A stretch of 63,642 nucleotides of DNA, filler included, from Phoronis australis (taxonomy: Eukaryota; Animalia; Phoronida), in NCBI GenBank assembly GCA_002633005.1. It is 6 parts of 6 records of this genome, joined end to end, with 100 filler letters (N's around TTAATTAATTAA, not from the genome) between each part and the next. Parts side by side here need not be neighbours in the genome. Positions count along the whole stretch, not along the records: positions 44,705 to 55,033 come from NMRA01001011.1; positions 55,134 to 58,887 come from NMRA01001082.1; positions 58,988 to 62,418 come from NMRA01000019.1; 3 more parts are not named here. The stretch is one strand, 5' to 3'. This document shows, in pieces, positions 48,301 to 60,731 of this stretch. Position 1 is the first letter of the stretch. Each line of letters starts with the position of its first letter. Position numbers and translations under genes: made by a program. The notes below the pieces were generated by a model, which searched no databases, was not told where the DNA came from, and saw only the letters and a program-made list of their open reading frames with translations.

Positions 48301-51300
48301 TACAGGATCTGTACTAAATTTTGCAAGTATATTCATATGATGTTGACAACAGATGACCATGACTTTTGGACTGATCTGACTGCCGGAGTGACCCCTTGTG
48401 GCAATTTTAATTTTTCATATTTACCTCTGTGTCTTCAAAGCTCCTTAAGAGATTTATAAAATTTGGAATATAGACGATAGCGTCCCGTTTTTGGATGGAA
48501 TCAAGGTATTTTGGGCCACTTAGTGTCCATTTTGCTGTTTTTGAGTTCACCTTCTATCAACCAAAGTATTCTTAGGATGATTTTGAAAATTGGCGTATAA
48601 GCTCTTACTATGAAGAGGACGGTTCATGATGATTTTTTAATCACTAACTTCTGTTGTGCCCTCTAGTGGCAGTTACGTTTTGTTTGTGGTCATGCCTACC
48701 GGTATATCTCCTAAATCATTTGCAGGATCTGTACTAAATTAAGCGAGTATATTCATATGATGTTGACAACACGACTTCGATAGATCTGTCTATCGGTGTG
48801 CCCCCTAGTGGCAATTTTAATTATTTATATTTACCTCTGTGTCATCAAGGTTCTGAACAGATTTTCATAAAATTTGGAATATAGGCATCTATTAGTGAGA
48901 TGACCCTATCATCCCATTTTCGGATGGAATCGAGGTATTTTGCGCCACCTTAGTGGTCATTTTGCTGTTTTGAGTTCACCCTCTATCAAAGGATGATTTT
49001 GAAAATTGACGTATATACTCTTACTATGAAGAAGGCTTTTCATGATGATTTTTCAACGACTTTGACTTCTGTTGTACTCCCTGGTGGCAGGTTCGTTTTT
49101 TACACTCATGGTTATATCTCCTAATCCACTTGCAGGATCTAAACTAAATTTAACAATTGCATTGTTATAAAGTTAACAACATACGACAACTTTTGGACGG
49201 ATCTGACTACTGGTGTGACCCTAGTATCAACTTTAGTTTTTTACATTCATTATATTCAAAGGCCCTCAAGGGATTTTCATAACATTTGAAATATAGGCCT
49301 CCATCGGTGAGATGATGCGGTCTTCTTATTTTCGGATGGATGAGATATGTTGCACCACCTAGTGGCCACTTCTACTGTTTTCGAGTCTGTTTTTAGTGCC
49401 CACCTCCCCATCAACCAAACCATTCTAAGGATGATTTTGAAAATTGGCGTTTATGTTCTCAGTGTGATGAGAGGACAGTTGATGATGACAACTTTGAATA
49501 TCGTAGCGCCTCCTAGTGGTAATTTTTTTACGCCAATAGGTGTAACTTCTAAACCCGCTGCAGGATCTTTATTGAACTAGTAAGTGTATTCATATGAAGT
49601 TAACAACAGACAACAACTTTCAGTGGACGCTTTGCCCCCTTGTAGCAATTTTCCTTTGTTTCTCTGAAGTTCCTTGACAGATTCTTATGAAATTTGGTAA
49701 ATAGCTCTCTATTAAAGAAGCGATGGCATGTTCCGTTTTTAGATGGATTGGATGTTTTGGCCCACCTAGTGGCCATTTCTATGATAGAAATAAACAACTC
49801 TAGAAGCACAAGTGTTTGCGTTGCATTCGTGGCTGCAATTCGACACTGTGCGTTGCTCTTGTTACTGTTTTCGAGTCTGTTCTTTGGTGTCCACTCCTCT
49901 ATCAACCAAACGACTCTAAGGATGATTGTGAAAATTGGCATGTATGTTTCTACTCTGAAGAAGACGGCTCGTGATGATTTTCCGATATCTTTGACTACTT
50001 TGGGCCTCCTATTGACAGTTTTGTTTTTTATTGAGCTCATGTCTTTGTATCCTAAACCATTTACAGGATCTGTACTAAATTTTGCAAGTATATTCATATG
50101 ATGTTGACAACAGATGACCACGACTTTTGGACGGATCTGACTGCCGGAGTGACCCCTTGTGGCAATTTTAATTTTTCATATTTACCTCTGTGTCTTCAAA
50201 GCTTCTTAAGAGATTTATAAAATTTGGAATATAGATGATAGCGTCCCGTTTTTGGATGGAATCAAGGTATTTTGGGCCACTTAGTGTCCATTTTGCTGTT
50301 TTTGAGTTCACCTTCTATCAACCAAAGTATTCTTAGGATGATTTTGAAAATTGGCGTATAAGCTCTTACTATGAAGAGGACGGTTCATGATGATTTTTTA
50401 ATCACTAACTTCTGTTGTGCCCTCTAGTGGCAGTTACGTTTTGTTTGTGGTCATGCCTACCGGTATATCTCCTAAATCATTTGCAGGATCTGTACTAAAT
50501 TTAGCGAGTATATTCATATGATGTTGACAACACGACTTCGATAGATCTGTCTATCGGTGTGCCCCCTAGTGGCAATTTTAATTTTTTATACATACCTCTG
50601 TGTCATCAAAGTTCTGAACAGATTTTCATAAAATTTGGAATATAGGCATCTATTAGTGAGATGACCCTATCATCCCGTTTTCGGATGGAATCGAGGTATT
50701 TTGCGCCACCTTAGTGGTCATTTTGCTGTTTTGAGTTCACCCTCTATCTAAGGATGATTTTGAAAATTGACGTATATACTCTTACTATGAAGATGGCTTT
50801 TCATGATGATTTTTCAACGACTTTGACTTCTGTTGTACCCCCTGGTGGCAGGTTCGTTTTTTACACTCATGGTTATATCTCCTAATCCACTTGCAGGATC
50901 TTCACTAAATTTAGCAAGTGCATTGTTATAAAGTTAACAACATACGACAACTTTTGGACGGATCTGACTACTGGTGTGACCCTAGTATCAACTTTAGTTT
51001 TTTACATTCATTATATTCAAAGACCCTCAAGGGATTTTCATAACATTTGAAATATAGGCCTCCATCGGTGAGATGATGCGGTCTTCTTATTTTCGGATGG
51101 ATGAGATATGTTGCACCACCTAGTGGCCATTTCTACTGTTTTCGAGTCTGTTTTTAGTGCCCACCTCCCCATCAACCAAACTATTCTAAGGATGATTTTG
51201 AAAATTGGCGTTTATGTTCTCAGTGTGATGAGAGGACAGTTGATGATGACAACTTTGAATATCGTAGTGCCTCCTAGTGGTAATTTTTTTACGCCAATAG

Positions 51301-53430
51301 GTGTAACTTCTAAACCCGCTGCAGGATCTTTATTGAACTAGTAAGTGTATTCATATGAAGTTAACAATAGACGACAACTTTCAGTGGACGCCTTGCCCCC
51401 TTGTAGCAATTTTCCTTTGTTTCTCTGAAGTTCCTTGACAGATTCTTATGAAATTTGGTAAATAGCTCTCTATTAAAGAAGCGATGGCATGTTCTGTTTT
51501 TAGATGGATTGGATATTTTGGCCCACCTAGTGGCCATTTTTATGATAGAAATAAACAACTCTAGAAGCACATGGTTTGCGTTACATTCGTGGCTGTAATT
51601 CGACACTGTGCGTTGCTCTTGTTACTGTTTTCGAGTCTGTTCTTTGGTGTCCACTCCTCTATCAACCAAACGACTCTAAGGATGATTGTGAAAATTGGCA
51701 TGTATGTTTCTACTCTGAAGAAGATGGCTCGTGATGATTTTCTGATATCTTTGACTACTTTGGGCCTCCTATTGACAGTTTTGTTTTTTATTGCGCTCAT
51801 GTCTTTGTATCCTAAACCATTTACAGGATCTGTACTAAATTTTGCAAGTATATTCATATGATGTTGACAACAGATGACCACGACTTTTGGACGGATCTGA
51901 CTGCCGGAGTGACCCCTTGTGGCAATTTTAATTTTTCATATTTACCTCTGTGTCTTCAAATAGATGATAGCGTCCCGTTTTTGGATGGAATCGAGGTATT
52001 TTGTGCCACTTAGTGTCCATTTTGCTGTTTTTGACTTCACCTTCTATCAACCAAAGTATTCTTAGGATGATTTTGAAAATTGGCGTATATGCTCTTACTA
52101 TGAAGAGGACGGTTCATGATGATTTTTCGATGACTAACTTCTTTTGTGCCCTCTAGTGGCAGTTACTAAATCATTTGCAGGATCTCTACTAAATATATTC
52201 ATATGATGTTGACTTCGATAGATCTCTCTATCGGTGTGCCCCCTAGTGGCAATTTTAATTTTTTATATTTACCTCTGCGTCATCATAGTTCTGAACAGAT
52301 TTTCATAAAATTTGGAATATAGGCATCTATTAGTGAGATGACCCTATCATCTCATTTTCGGATGGAATCAAGGTATTTTGCGCCACCTTAGCTGTCATTT
52401 TGCTGTTTTGAGTTCACCCTCTATCTAAGGATGATTTTGAAAATTGATGTATATACTCTTACTATGAAGAAGGCTTTTCATGATGATTTTTCCCTGGTGG
52501 CAGGTTCGTTTTTTACACTCATGGTTATGTCCACTTGCAGGATCTTCACTAAATTTAGCAAGTACAACATACAACAACTTTTGGACGGATCTGACTACTG
52601 GTGTGACCCTAGTATCATCTTCAGTTTTTTACATTCATTATATTCAAAGGGATTTTCATAACATTTGAAATATAGGTCTCCATCGGTGAGATGATGCTGT
52701 GTTCTTATTTTCGGATGGATGAAATATGTTGCCCCACCTAGTGGCCATTTTTGCTCTCTCCCTCTCTATTATCCAAACTATTCTAATTTATTTTTGAAAA
52801 TTGGGTTTAGGTTGTCAATAGGACGGTTGACGATGACAAATTTGACTACTAAGGTGCCTCCTATTGTCAATCATAGTTTATTTTCAAAGGTGCTCAACCG
52901 ATTTTCATAAAACTTCATTGATAGGCATGTATTATTGAGATGATGCTATCCTCCCGTTTTAGGATGGGTTCGAGGCATTTTGCACCACCTGGTGGTCATT
53001 TTTATACGCCCACATATTTATATGTGGTTGCATATCAACAGATTTTCATAGAATATAGGCATCAATTGGTGAGATGACGCTATCATCCTGTTTTTCAATG
53101 AAATCGAGGTATTTTGCACCACCTGGTGGCCAATTTTGCTGTTTTCAAATCTAGTTTTTGGCGTCCACGCCTCGATCAACCAAGTCATTCTGGGTATGGT
53201 TTTGCAAATTGGCCCATATGTTTTCAGTGTGAAAAGGACGTTTGATGATGGCGACTGACTATTGTGGCGCCTCCTAGTGGTAGTTTTGTTTTGTTCTTCA
53301 CCATAACTGTATCTCCAAAACCCACTGCAGGATCATTAATTATTAAATGTAGTAAGTAAATTTATGTGAAGATAACAGACGATAACTGTCCGGCGGATCA
53401 AACGGACGATGTGCTCACAATAGGCAATTT
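45348..53430. repeat. Satellite S2: HINE-related higher-order repeat, ~1.76-kb unit x~4.5, four ~420-490-bp subunits each
   Basis: Equivalent positions at 45693, ~47604, 49347 and 51108. The marker ggatgatt(t/g)tgaaaattg recurs four times per unit; homologous to the HINE at 20740-21615. Confidence 0.95.
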
Positions 53431-53459
53431 CCTTCGTCTCTTGGCAGATTTTAGTTCAG

Positions 53460-55033
53460 GGCCACCTGTTGTCTATTTTTGGAACTATAGAAAAGCTCTA
53501 GAAACACGCTGTATGCGTTGTTGTCGTAGGTGCAGTTCAACGCTAGACCATGCTTTTGTTACTGAATTGTGTCAAAGTTCTGCGCCACCTGTTGTCTGTT
53601 TTTGGAACTAAATAAGAGCTCTAGAAACAGGCTATATGCGTTGCTGTCGTGGGTGATTTTCAACGCTACGCCTTGGTTTTCGTACTGAATTGTGGCACCA
53701 CCTATTGTCTGTTTTTGGAACTAATCAACAGCTCAAGAAGCATGCTGTATGCAACTTTGTTGTGGATGCATTTCAACGCTCCGTCTTGCTTTTATTACTG
53801 AATTGTGACAAATTGCGCCACCTGTTGTCTATTTTCAGAACTAATCAACAGCTCAAGAAACAGTATGTATTGCTGTTGTGGAATGATTTCAACACTACGC
53901 CTTGCTTTTGTTACTGAATTGTGGCAAAGTTTAGCGCCACCTGTTGTCTATTTTTGAAACTAAAGAGCTCTAGAAGCATGCTGTATGTGTTGCTGTTGTG
54001 GGTGCAGTTCAACGCTAGACCATGCTTTTGTTACTGAATTGTGGCAAAGTTCTGCGCCACCTGTTGTCTGTTTTTGGAACTAAATAAGAGCTCTAGAAAA
54101 ACATGGTTTGCGTTGAATTTGTGGCTCCAATTCGACACTGTGCGTTGCTCATGTTACTGTTTTCGAGTCTGTTACTGAATTGTGGCAAATTTTAGCGCCA
54201 CCTGTTGTCTATTTTTGGAACTAAAGAAGAGCTCTAGCAAATTTCTGCGCCACCTATTGTCTGTTTTTGGAACTAATCAACAGCTCAAGAAGCATGCTGT
54301 ATGCAACTTTGTTGTGGATGCATTTCAATTGCTTTTATTACTGAATTGTGGCAAATGTCTGCGCCACCTGTTGTCTATTTTTGGAACTAAAGAAGAGCTC
54401 TAGAAACACGCGGTATGCGTTGCTGTCGTAGGTGCAGTTCAACACTACACCTTGCTTTTGTTAGTGAATTGTGGCAAAGTTTACCGCCACCTGTTGTCTA
54501 TTTTTGGAACTAAAGGAGAGCTCTAGGAAATTTCAGCGCCACCTATTGTCTACTTTCGGAACTAATCAACAGCTCAAGAAGCATGCTGTATGCGTTGCTG
54601 TCGTGGGTGCTTTTCAACACTACAACTTGCTTGAATTGTGGCAAAGTTTAGCGCCACCTGTTGTCTATTTTTGGAACTAAAGAACAGCTCTAGCAAATTT
54701 CTGCGCCACCTATTGTCTACTTTCAAAACTAATCAACAGGTCAAGAAGCATGCTGTATGCATTGCTGTTGTGCAAGCATTTCAACACTACGCCTTGCTTT
54801 TGTTACTTGATTGTGGCAAATTTTAGGGCCACCTGTTGTCTATTTTTGGAACTAAAGAAGAGCTCTAGCAAATTTCAGCGCTTCCTATTGTCTACATTCG
54901 GAACTAATCAACAGCTCAAGAAGCATGCTGTATGCGTTGCTGTCGTGGGTGCATTTCAACACTACGACTTGCTTGAATTGTGGCAAAGTTTAGCGCCACC
55001 TGTTGTCAACTTTCGAAACTAATCAACAGGTCA
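53460..55033. repeat. Satellite S1, second block
   Basis: Same monomers as 44705-45347; heads at 54471, 54638, 54813 and 54980. Confidence 0.95.
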
Positions 55034-55133
55034 NNNNNNNNNNNNNNNNNNNNNNNNNNNNNNNNNNNNNNNNNNNNTTAATTAATTAANNNNNNNNNNN
55101 NNNNNNNNNNNNNNNNNNNNNNNNNNNNNNNNN

Positions 55134-55250
55134 AGGTTGCTATTGGTCAAGAAAATGTTACATCAAATGACAGGTTGCTATTGGTCGAGAAAATGTTACA
55201 TCAAATGACAGGTTGCTATTGGTCGAGAACATGCTGCATCAAATGACAGA
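55134..55250. repeat. 38-bp minisatellite x3
   Basis: aggttgctattggtcgagaaaatgttacatcaaatgac. Confidence 0.9.
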
Positions 55251-55457
55251 TTCCTGGTGGTTGAGATCATGCCACAACAAATGACAAACCAACTCATAGA
55301 GCCGGATCTCAACCATCAATGACATGTAAAGTACACAACAAAAAAGTAATCAGACAACATACCGTTTTCCCACTATGATGGATAATTTTGTAAAGAACAA
55401 ATTTAAATGGGTCACGGTTACTATAACTGCTGGAGAGAAATAACAAAATGGCTTAGC

Positions 55458-55561
55458 CACATTAGGTACTACTTTCCCTATTCATTCCCCTCCACGTTAG
55501 GTACTACCTTCCCTATTCATTCCCCTCCACGTTAGGTACTACCTTCCCTATTCATTCCCCT
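55458..55561. repeat. ~35-bp minisatellite x3
   Basis: ccacgttaggtactaccttccctattcattcccct. Confidence 0.9.
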
Positions 55562-55807
55562 TCATTCTCAATTTATAGCAGGTAAGACTACTCTGACAAT
55601 GAGCACAGCTTCCACACAGCGGCCATGACAGGCAATTTTGGGTCATTTTGCCTGAATACTTTTGGCTTGTACTGAATTTTTCTTAGCAAACAACTTATCT
55701 TGCCTTTGAGTGAAGATAAGTTGGACTAAATCAACAGATTGAATTTCGACACAAGGCAGGTTCTTGGCATCTTTATATGTAATTTAAAAAGTAAGTCAAG
55801 GATGTAC

Positions 55808-56029
55808 CGCTTTTTACGTTACACTTCAAGCCAGCAAAGGGTGGAATCTTAAACAGAATGTTCTGGAAGAAGAGCGTGTCAGGGATACACGTGGTCATGA
55901 AGGATGAGCAGAGCTGTATTGTGCCGGTCAGATCGATGTGACCACTGTCGAACGTCACGGAAAAATGCAACTTGGCCACCATGGCGTCCATTGTGTTGCT
56001 CACGTCCACGTCGATCTCCTTGGATTCCT
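55808..56029 (-). CDS. Gene D next exon (EESKEIDVDVSNTMDAMVAKLHFSV...IQLCSSFMTTCIPDTLFFQNILFKIPPFAGLKC)
   Basis: tttctgcag acceptor and G|gtacat donor; phase-compatible with the previous exon. Confidence 0.75.
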
Positions 56030-56249
56030 CTGCAGAAATGAAACAGAATCCAAATAATAATAATAATAATTGATTACATATGGCTTAAAGCTTTTGTTAA
56101 CAAAATTCATTCTACAACCAAAATGGGCTATTTTCACATAATAAAGAGACAGTGGTGATTTGAATGCAAAAACACTTGCCTGCAAAAAGTAAGATTCATG
56201 ATTCTAAACTGAGACAAAACGCAGGGTGTAGTGAAAATTTCACGCTCAC

Positions 56250-56465
56250 CAGCCAATGTCATTTCCATGGTTTTCTGTTTAGCTCCGGCCCCTACTTTGA
56301 ATACCATCTTTGGCCCACAGAGGTCAACACGGGTGTCCAATCTCACCCACTGTTGGAGACACATGTACTTGACGGGCACGGCGCATGTTAGACCCATGCA
56401 GTCAAAGTGAGGCTCACAGTAAACGTTGTAACCAGTCATGATTCCACCCAAGAAATGGGGACACT
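56250..56465 (-). CDS. Gene D exon: Cys-patterned extracellular repeat (CPHF...YCEPHFDCMGLTCAVP...RVDLCGPKM)
   Basis: ttttag acceptor and G|gtgagc donor; phase 1-1; open frame. Confidence 0.8.
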
Positions 56466-56906
56466 CTAAAAATGATAATCCATGAGCGTGACTGTCGTAA
56501 TTATCAAAGATCACAATTAACAATCAACTTCAAAAATGTCCATGAAACAAGATAAGGTCATTGCCAACTTGAGACATTAATTTTTACACCACTGCAAGAT
56601 GTAAAAATACGAAATAAAACTTCCTTCAGCTGCTAGCAGGTCATTTCCTTATCATTAAATTAACAAGTTCGTTTGTGCTTAATGTGCCAAATAGAATGAG
56701 AGCAACAGAGCTGTTAGTTTTCTTGCTCAATGCATAATTGCTCACTCAAATTGTGATTTTTGATAGTGAAATTACTGTTTTCAAGCTCTACAACCTATAG
56801 GTTTGCAACAAACGGATCCATGTGAACATGCAAATAAAACCTCGTTGAACATAAACTCAGTCGTACCACCCATTCATACTAACAAGCTTGTGAGGAGACG
56901 CAGTGA

Positions 56907-57112
56907 CATTCTGGGTATTGTGATACAGCCTATTTATTATATTACCCATTCTAGGTATTGTGATACAGCCTATTTATTACATTACCCATTCTGGGTATTG
57001 TGATACAGCCTATTTATTATATTACCCATTCTGGGTATTGTGATACAGCCTATTTATTATATTACCCATTCTGGGTATTGTGATACAGCCTATTTATTAT
57101 ATTACCCATTCT
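56907..57112. repeat. 40-bp minisatellite x5
   Basis: cattctgggtattgtgatacagcctatttattatattacc. Confidence 0.95.
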
Positions 57113-57235
57113 AGTGAAACAATTACTCGGTTTCGTATGCTATTGTCACATGTTAGGGAAATCTTTATTTAGAAATAAAAATACATTCAGATCATTGTTT
57201 CTGTGCAACCTTTGCCCTGACAGTCTGTGGAAGGG

Positions 57236-57908
57236 GAACCTGAATTCGCGGCCCCCGACAAGTATGTAGATTTTCAGTTTCGTGGCTAATTCACATAAAT
57301 AATTACGTGCACATTAATTCTTTGGCTCACTATTATAGTCTTTTTGTGACTAGAGGTTTAGTTTCCAACTCAAGCTGGTTTATGTTCGTGCCAGTCCCAG
57401 CGGCCGCGACGGGCCTGATCAGGTTCCAAGCCACTGGCCGGGATAACAAGCGTTTTGTGTGTTTAGAACTAAAAAAATCACAAGTATAAACAACACAGAT
57501 CTAGGATCTCCTGTCCGTATTTCACGGAAAAATACTCCGAATTTATCTCCGAACAGACCCCAAACTCCTTGGTAAATTGGCCTGCCGAACTTTGAAGGCT
57601 ACGGTGTGTCCAAATACCAGTAAATCCGCAACAGCGAAATAAAACAACACGTTTTTATGAGAACTCGGTGTATTTTCAAGGGTTTTACATCGAAGTTTGA
57701 TGATTTATTGGTGTTAAACGGTGAATTCAAGCGATAAACTGACACCAGTAACCCATGTTGTGAACTGCTGAACAGACTGCGTGTGAAACCAATTACGTCA
57801 TTGGATAATTTCAACACCTCCGTCTGCCGTTAGGTGTCTGGTAACGCAACCGAACCTGCCGTTATCGAGTGGAACTACACGATCTAAATTCAATTGATAC
57901 AAAAAAGG
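57236..57908 (-). mobile_element. Partial, diverged inverted copy of the Kolobok-type element at 15435
   Basis: The reverse complement aligns to ~15458-16172; compare ORFs 15545..15733 and 57599..57817. Confidence 0.85.
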
Positions 57909-58887
57909 TACCATACTCACCGTAATAACCGCCCATGCCCCTATAAGCACCCCCCCGTTTTCAGACTTTGCTGAAATAAGCGCCCAGTCCATGAATGTGT
58001 ATGTGCGAACAATGACGTACCTACAGTCCTAAAACTCAGCTACAGTAACGTCTTCAATTTATCAAAAAAATTTTGCACGGATCTTCTAGACCACCAGCGG
58101 CACTGCTACGTTTGTATTTAGCCGTGACTATACACTTCAAAGTAACGCAGCGCTTCAAAAAGAATGCAGCAGCGTTGCTACTCTCGCGACGACCATGTCC
58201 TACTATGGTCTGACCTTTCAGTACAGACTGTCTCACGAATAAAAATAACTTGAACGCACGTGGCCGGGAAGCGCGCGATACATATATGAACCTGTCATCA
58301 AAGACATTACTTGGGGAACTATCCATTCATGAAACGGGTAGCATAGCATCGGTAAGAAATGAATATTGGCACTAATTTCCGACAGTTTCTAATACCATAA
58401 AACATGTTTGCGTTATTTTCGAGATAGATTGTTTGATTAACCATAATTGGTGTTTTTAAGCCGAATATTCGATAAAATGACAACTGACAGTGAATGCTTA
58501 CACACCCTTACACCGAAAAATAACTGTCAGATAGTTACGTACGCATCCAGCTACATGGCGACTAATATGGGCCTTACCGAGACAAATGTCGAACGTTTTT
58601 AGCACATGAGACCAGCAAGTGCTGAATGAAACACGTTGTGGTTTAGGTCTACTGCTTGACTGCACATCTAGCTCGTTAGATTGTGTGGCTCTGGCCAAAA
58701 GACAGTCTCTGCTTTGGCAAATGAACTCTGGTGACACGCACGCGCTCGCTTACTCTCAAATGCAGACGAACTTCAAAACAAACGTCACGTGACAACAACA
58801 TGTGTGTTCGTCCAGACACTTTTCTCGCCGTGTTGCTGATCATACGTGTAGATGGCACGATGTTGCACAGATTTGTACTTAAACCTG
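57909..58887. mobile_element. Left part of a TA-targeting (TACC(G/A)TA-ended) non-autonomous element, truncated by the gap
   Basis: ta|ccatactcaccgtaataaccgccc with taagcaccc / taagcgccc subterminal repeats, as in the 11032 element; right end not seen. Confidence 0.5.
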
Positions 58888-60670
58888 NNNNNNNNNNNNN
58901 NNNNNNNNNNNNNNNNNNNNNNNNNNNNNNNTTAATTAATTAANNNNNNNNNNNNNNNNNNNNNNNNNNNNNNNNNNNNNNNNNNNNAATCACACAGTAA
59001 TTTTATTGCACGTTGAACGTCATTAAAGTATGAATTCATCAGTGTTTACATTGTTCGGACTGCGCTCCTAAGTAAGTATTGATTATTCACCGCTTGGAGC
59101 GCTAGTGTTTCGACCGGTAACCATTGCGGCGAATGGTAAAATGGCGGAGTGAACTCTGCTATACTCGTACACTCCTTGCTTTTACCTTGTGCACGAGGTT
59201 GTTTCGTCATGTGTACCGTTCACTTGCTAAAGCTTCACAGCATAATGTAAGTTTGTGCTCCATGTTGCACCACTTGCCACACAAGAACACATTGGCTCAT
59301 CGAATGATCCTCAAATACTCAGGTCACTTCATTTTGTCTGTACACTGACGAAATGACGAAATTGGCTCTTAGAGGCTTCATCTTCAAAAGATCGTCCCAT
59401 TGCTCTGCTATTCTCAAAATGCTTTCCCACTTAGACCATGGGTCTCCCTGGCCGATCTGCAAGGCTCTGATGACTCGTCTCGTGTAGTGTTGGCTCTGTG
59501 GGCCGGTCGATTATTGAGCTAGCGGCGAATCCAAGAAACTACTGGCCTTTACTCACGGAGCCTACAAGCTGTTTTTGGCGGAGACAGCTCTCACCTTCGT
59601 CTGTTATTTTGTCACTTGTCCACTTGTTATGGTGGCCAGTTTTTTCTATCATCACTTTCGTCTTTTTTCTGGTAGTCAGTGGTTTTTCTTATATCGCCTA
59701 TCATGAACAAAAACTGACTAGTGCCGTTTCATCTAGTGTAAGGCAAGGACTTTTGACCAGCGAACCGTGCATGGCTAATAAAAGAACATCCGATTTTTGA
59801 AAAACGATTTCTAATTCCGCCTGTTCACAACCGGCTATATTTTGAGTGCCTGCACAGGTGTTTGATGACTTTGGAGGCCCATCTAGTTTTTACAAGTCCC
59901 AAAAAATCTGAGGTCTGGTAACCTGATTGTAGTCAAATCAAGCTCTGCTACAGTATGCAACCGTCAATATATAGACCATTTTCACTTAAACCGGAGGTCA
60001 ATGGGAATGGACAACAATTTCGTATCAATTTAGAATTAAATAAACTGAGTCACATTCCGTACAATGTCTTTTACTTGCTAATTAATTGAAGATTTCTATG
60101 TTATTTTAGCAGCAGTTTTTAATGTTTTCGGTAATAATAAATCAATTGAAGAAATCGAAGTGTTTACTAGAAACTACCCGGATGGCGCCATGTTGAGACG
60201 TCTATTACTCAACGCGACAGCAGTGTCGTTCACTCTATGGTTCAGAGGTCAATGGTTCGACAACATATTGGTTGACATTTTCTTGTTGCTATGACGACCA
60301 TGCTATCGTTTTAGAATGTTGACTGGGAGGATGCATGGGACCCTCGAGTCAGAATAGCCAACGCCGTGTCTGTTTCTGAATGTGTTAAGAAACACAGAGT
60401 GAAGAAGGACGAAAATGGAACACCAGAAGTCCGTATGAGTAAGTCTGTTCTACTAATAGAACCATGCTGCATGTGCGCAACCTCCTCTTTAGATTGCTCT
60501 CGACCTGAAACGAGGGCTCCAGTCAGAACCCAGATACCATTTTACGAAAAGAAACTCAGAATAGTTGAACGGGTTGATCTAATTAGTCAATGTTGAAACA
60601 TATTTGAAACAAGTCTCTTAAAGTTTGCAAGTTGCGGGTTTTATTGAAACTGAAATTCTTATGCCGTGTC

Positions 60671-60673
<3 letters not shown>

Positions 60674-60705
<32 letters not shown>

Positions 60706-60731
60706 GCGTGTGCGTGTGCGTGTGTATGTGA
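60674..60731. repeat. (GT)n / (GCGTGT)n microsatellite
   Basis: Direct reading. Confidence 0.95.

Noticed and set aside
44705-55033. CRISPR-like array or repeated protein-coding genes (MLHHLV..., MVICCQ...)
   Set aside because: No unique spacers, no cas genes, eukaryotic context. The ORFs change frame between copies, so they are satellite artefacts.
55363-55429. Possible third exon of gene D
   Set aside because: Good splice signals, but the reading frame is ambiguous and the peptide is not recognisable.
59970-60672. Possible ATAGAC-ended DNA transposon
   Set aside because: The inverted match at the right end is only ~6 bp and no transposase remnant is recognisable.
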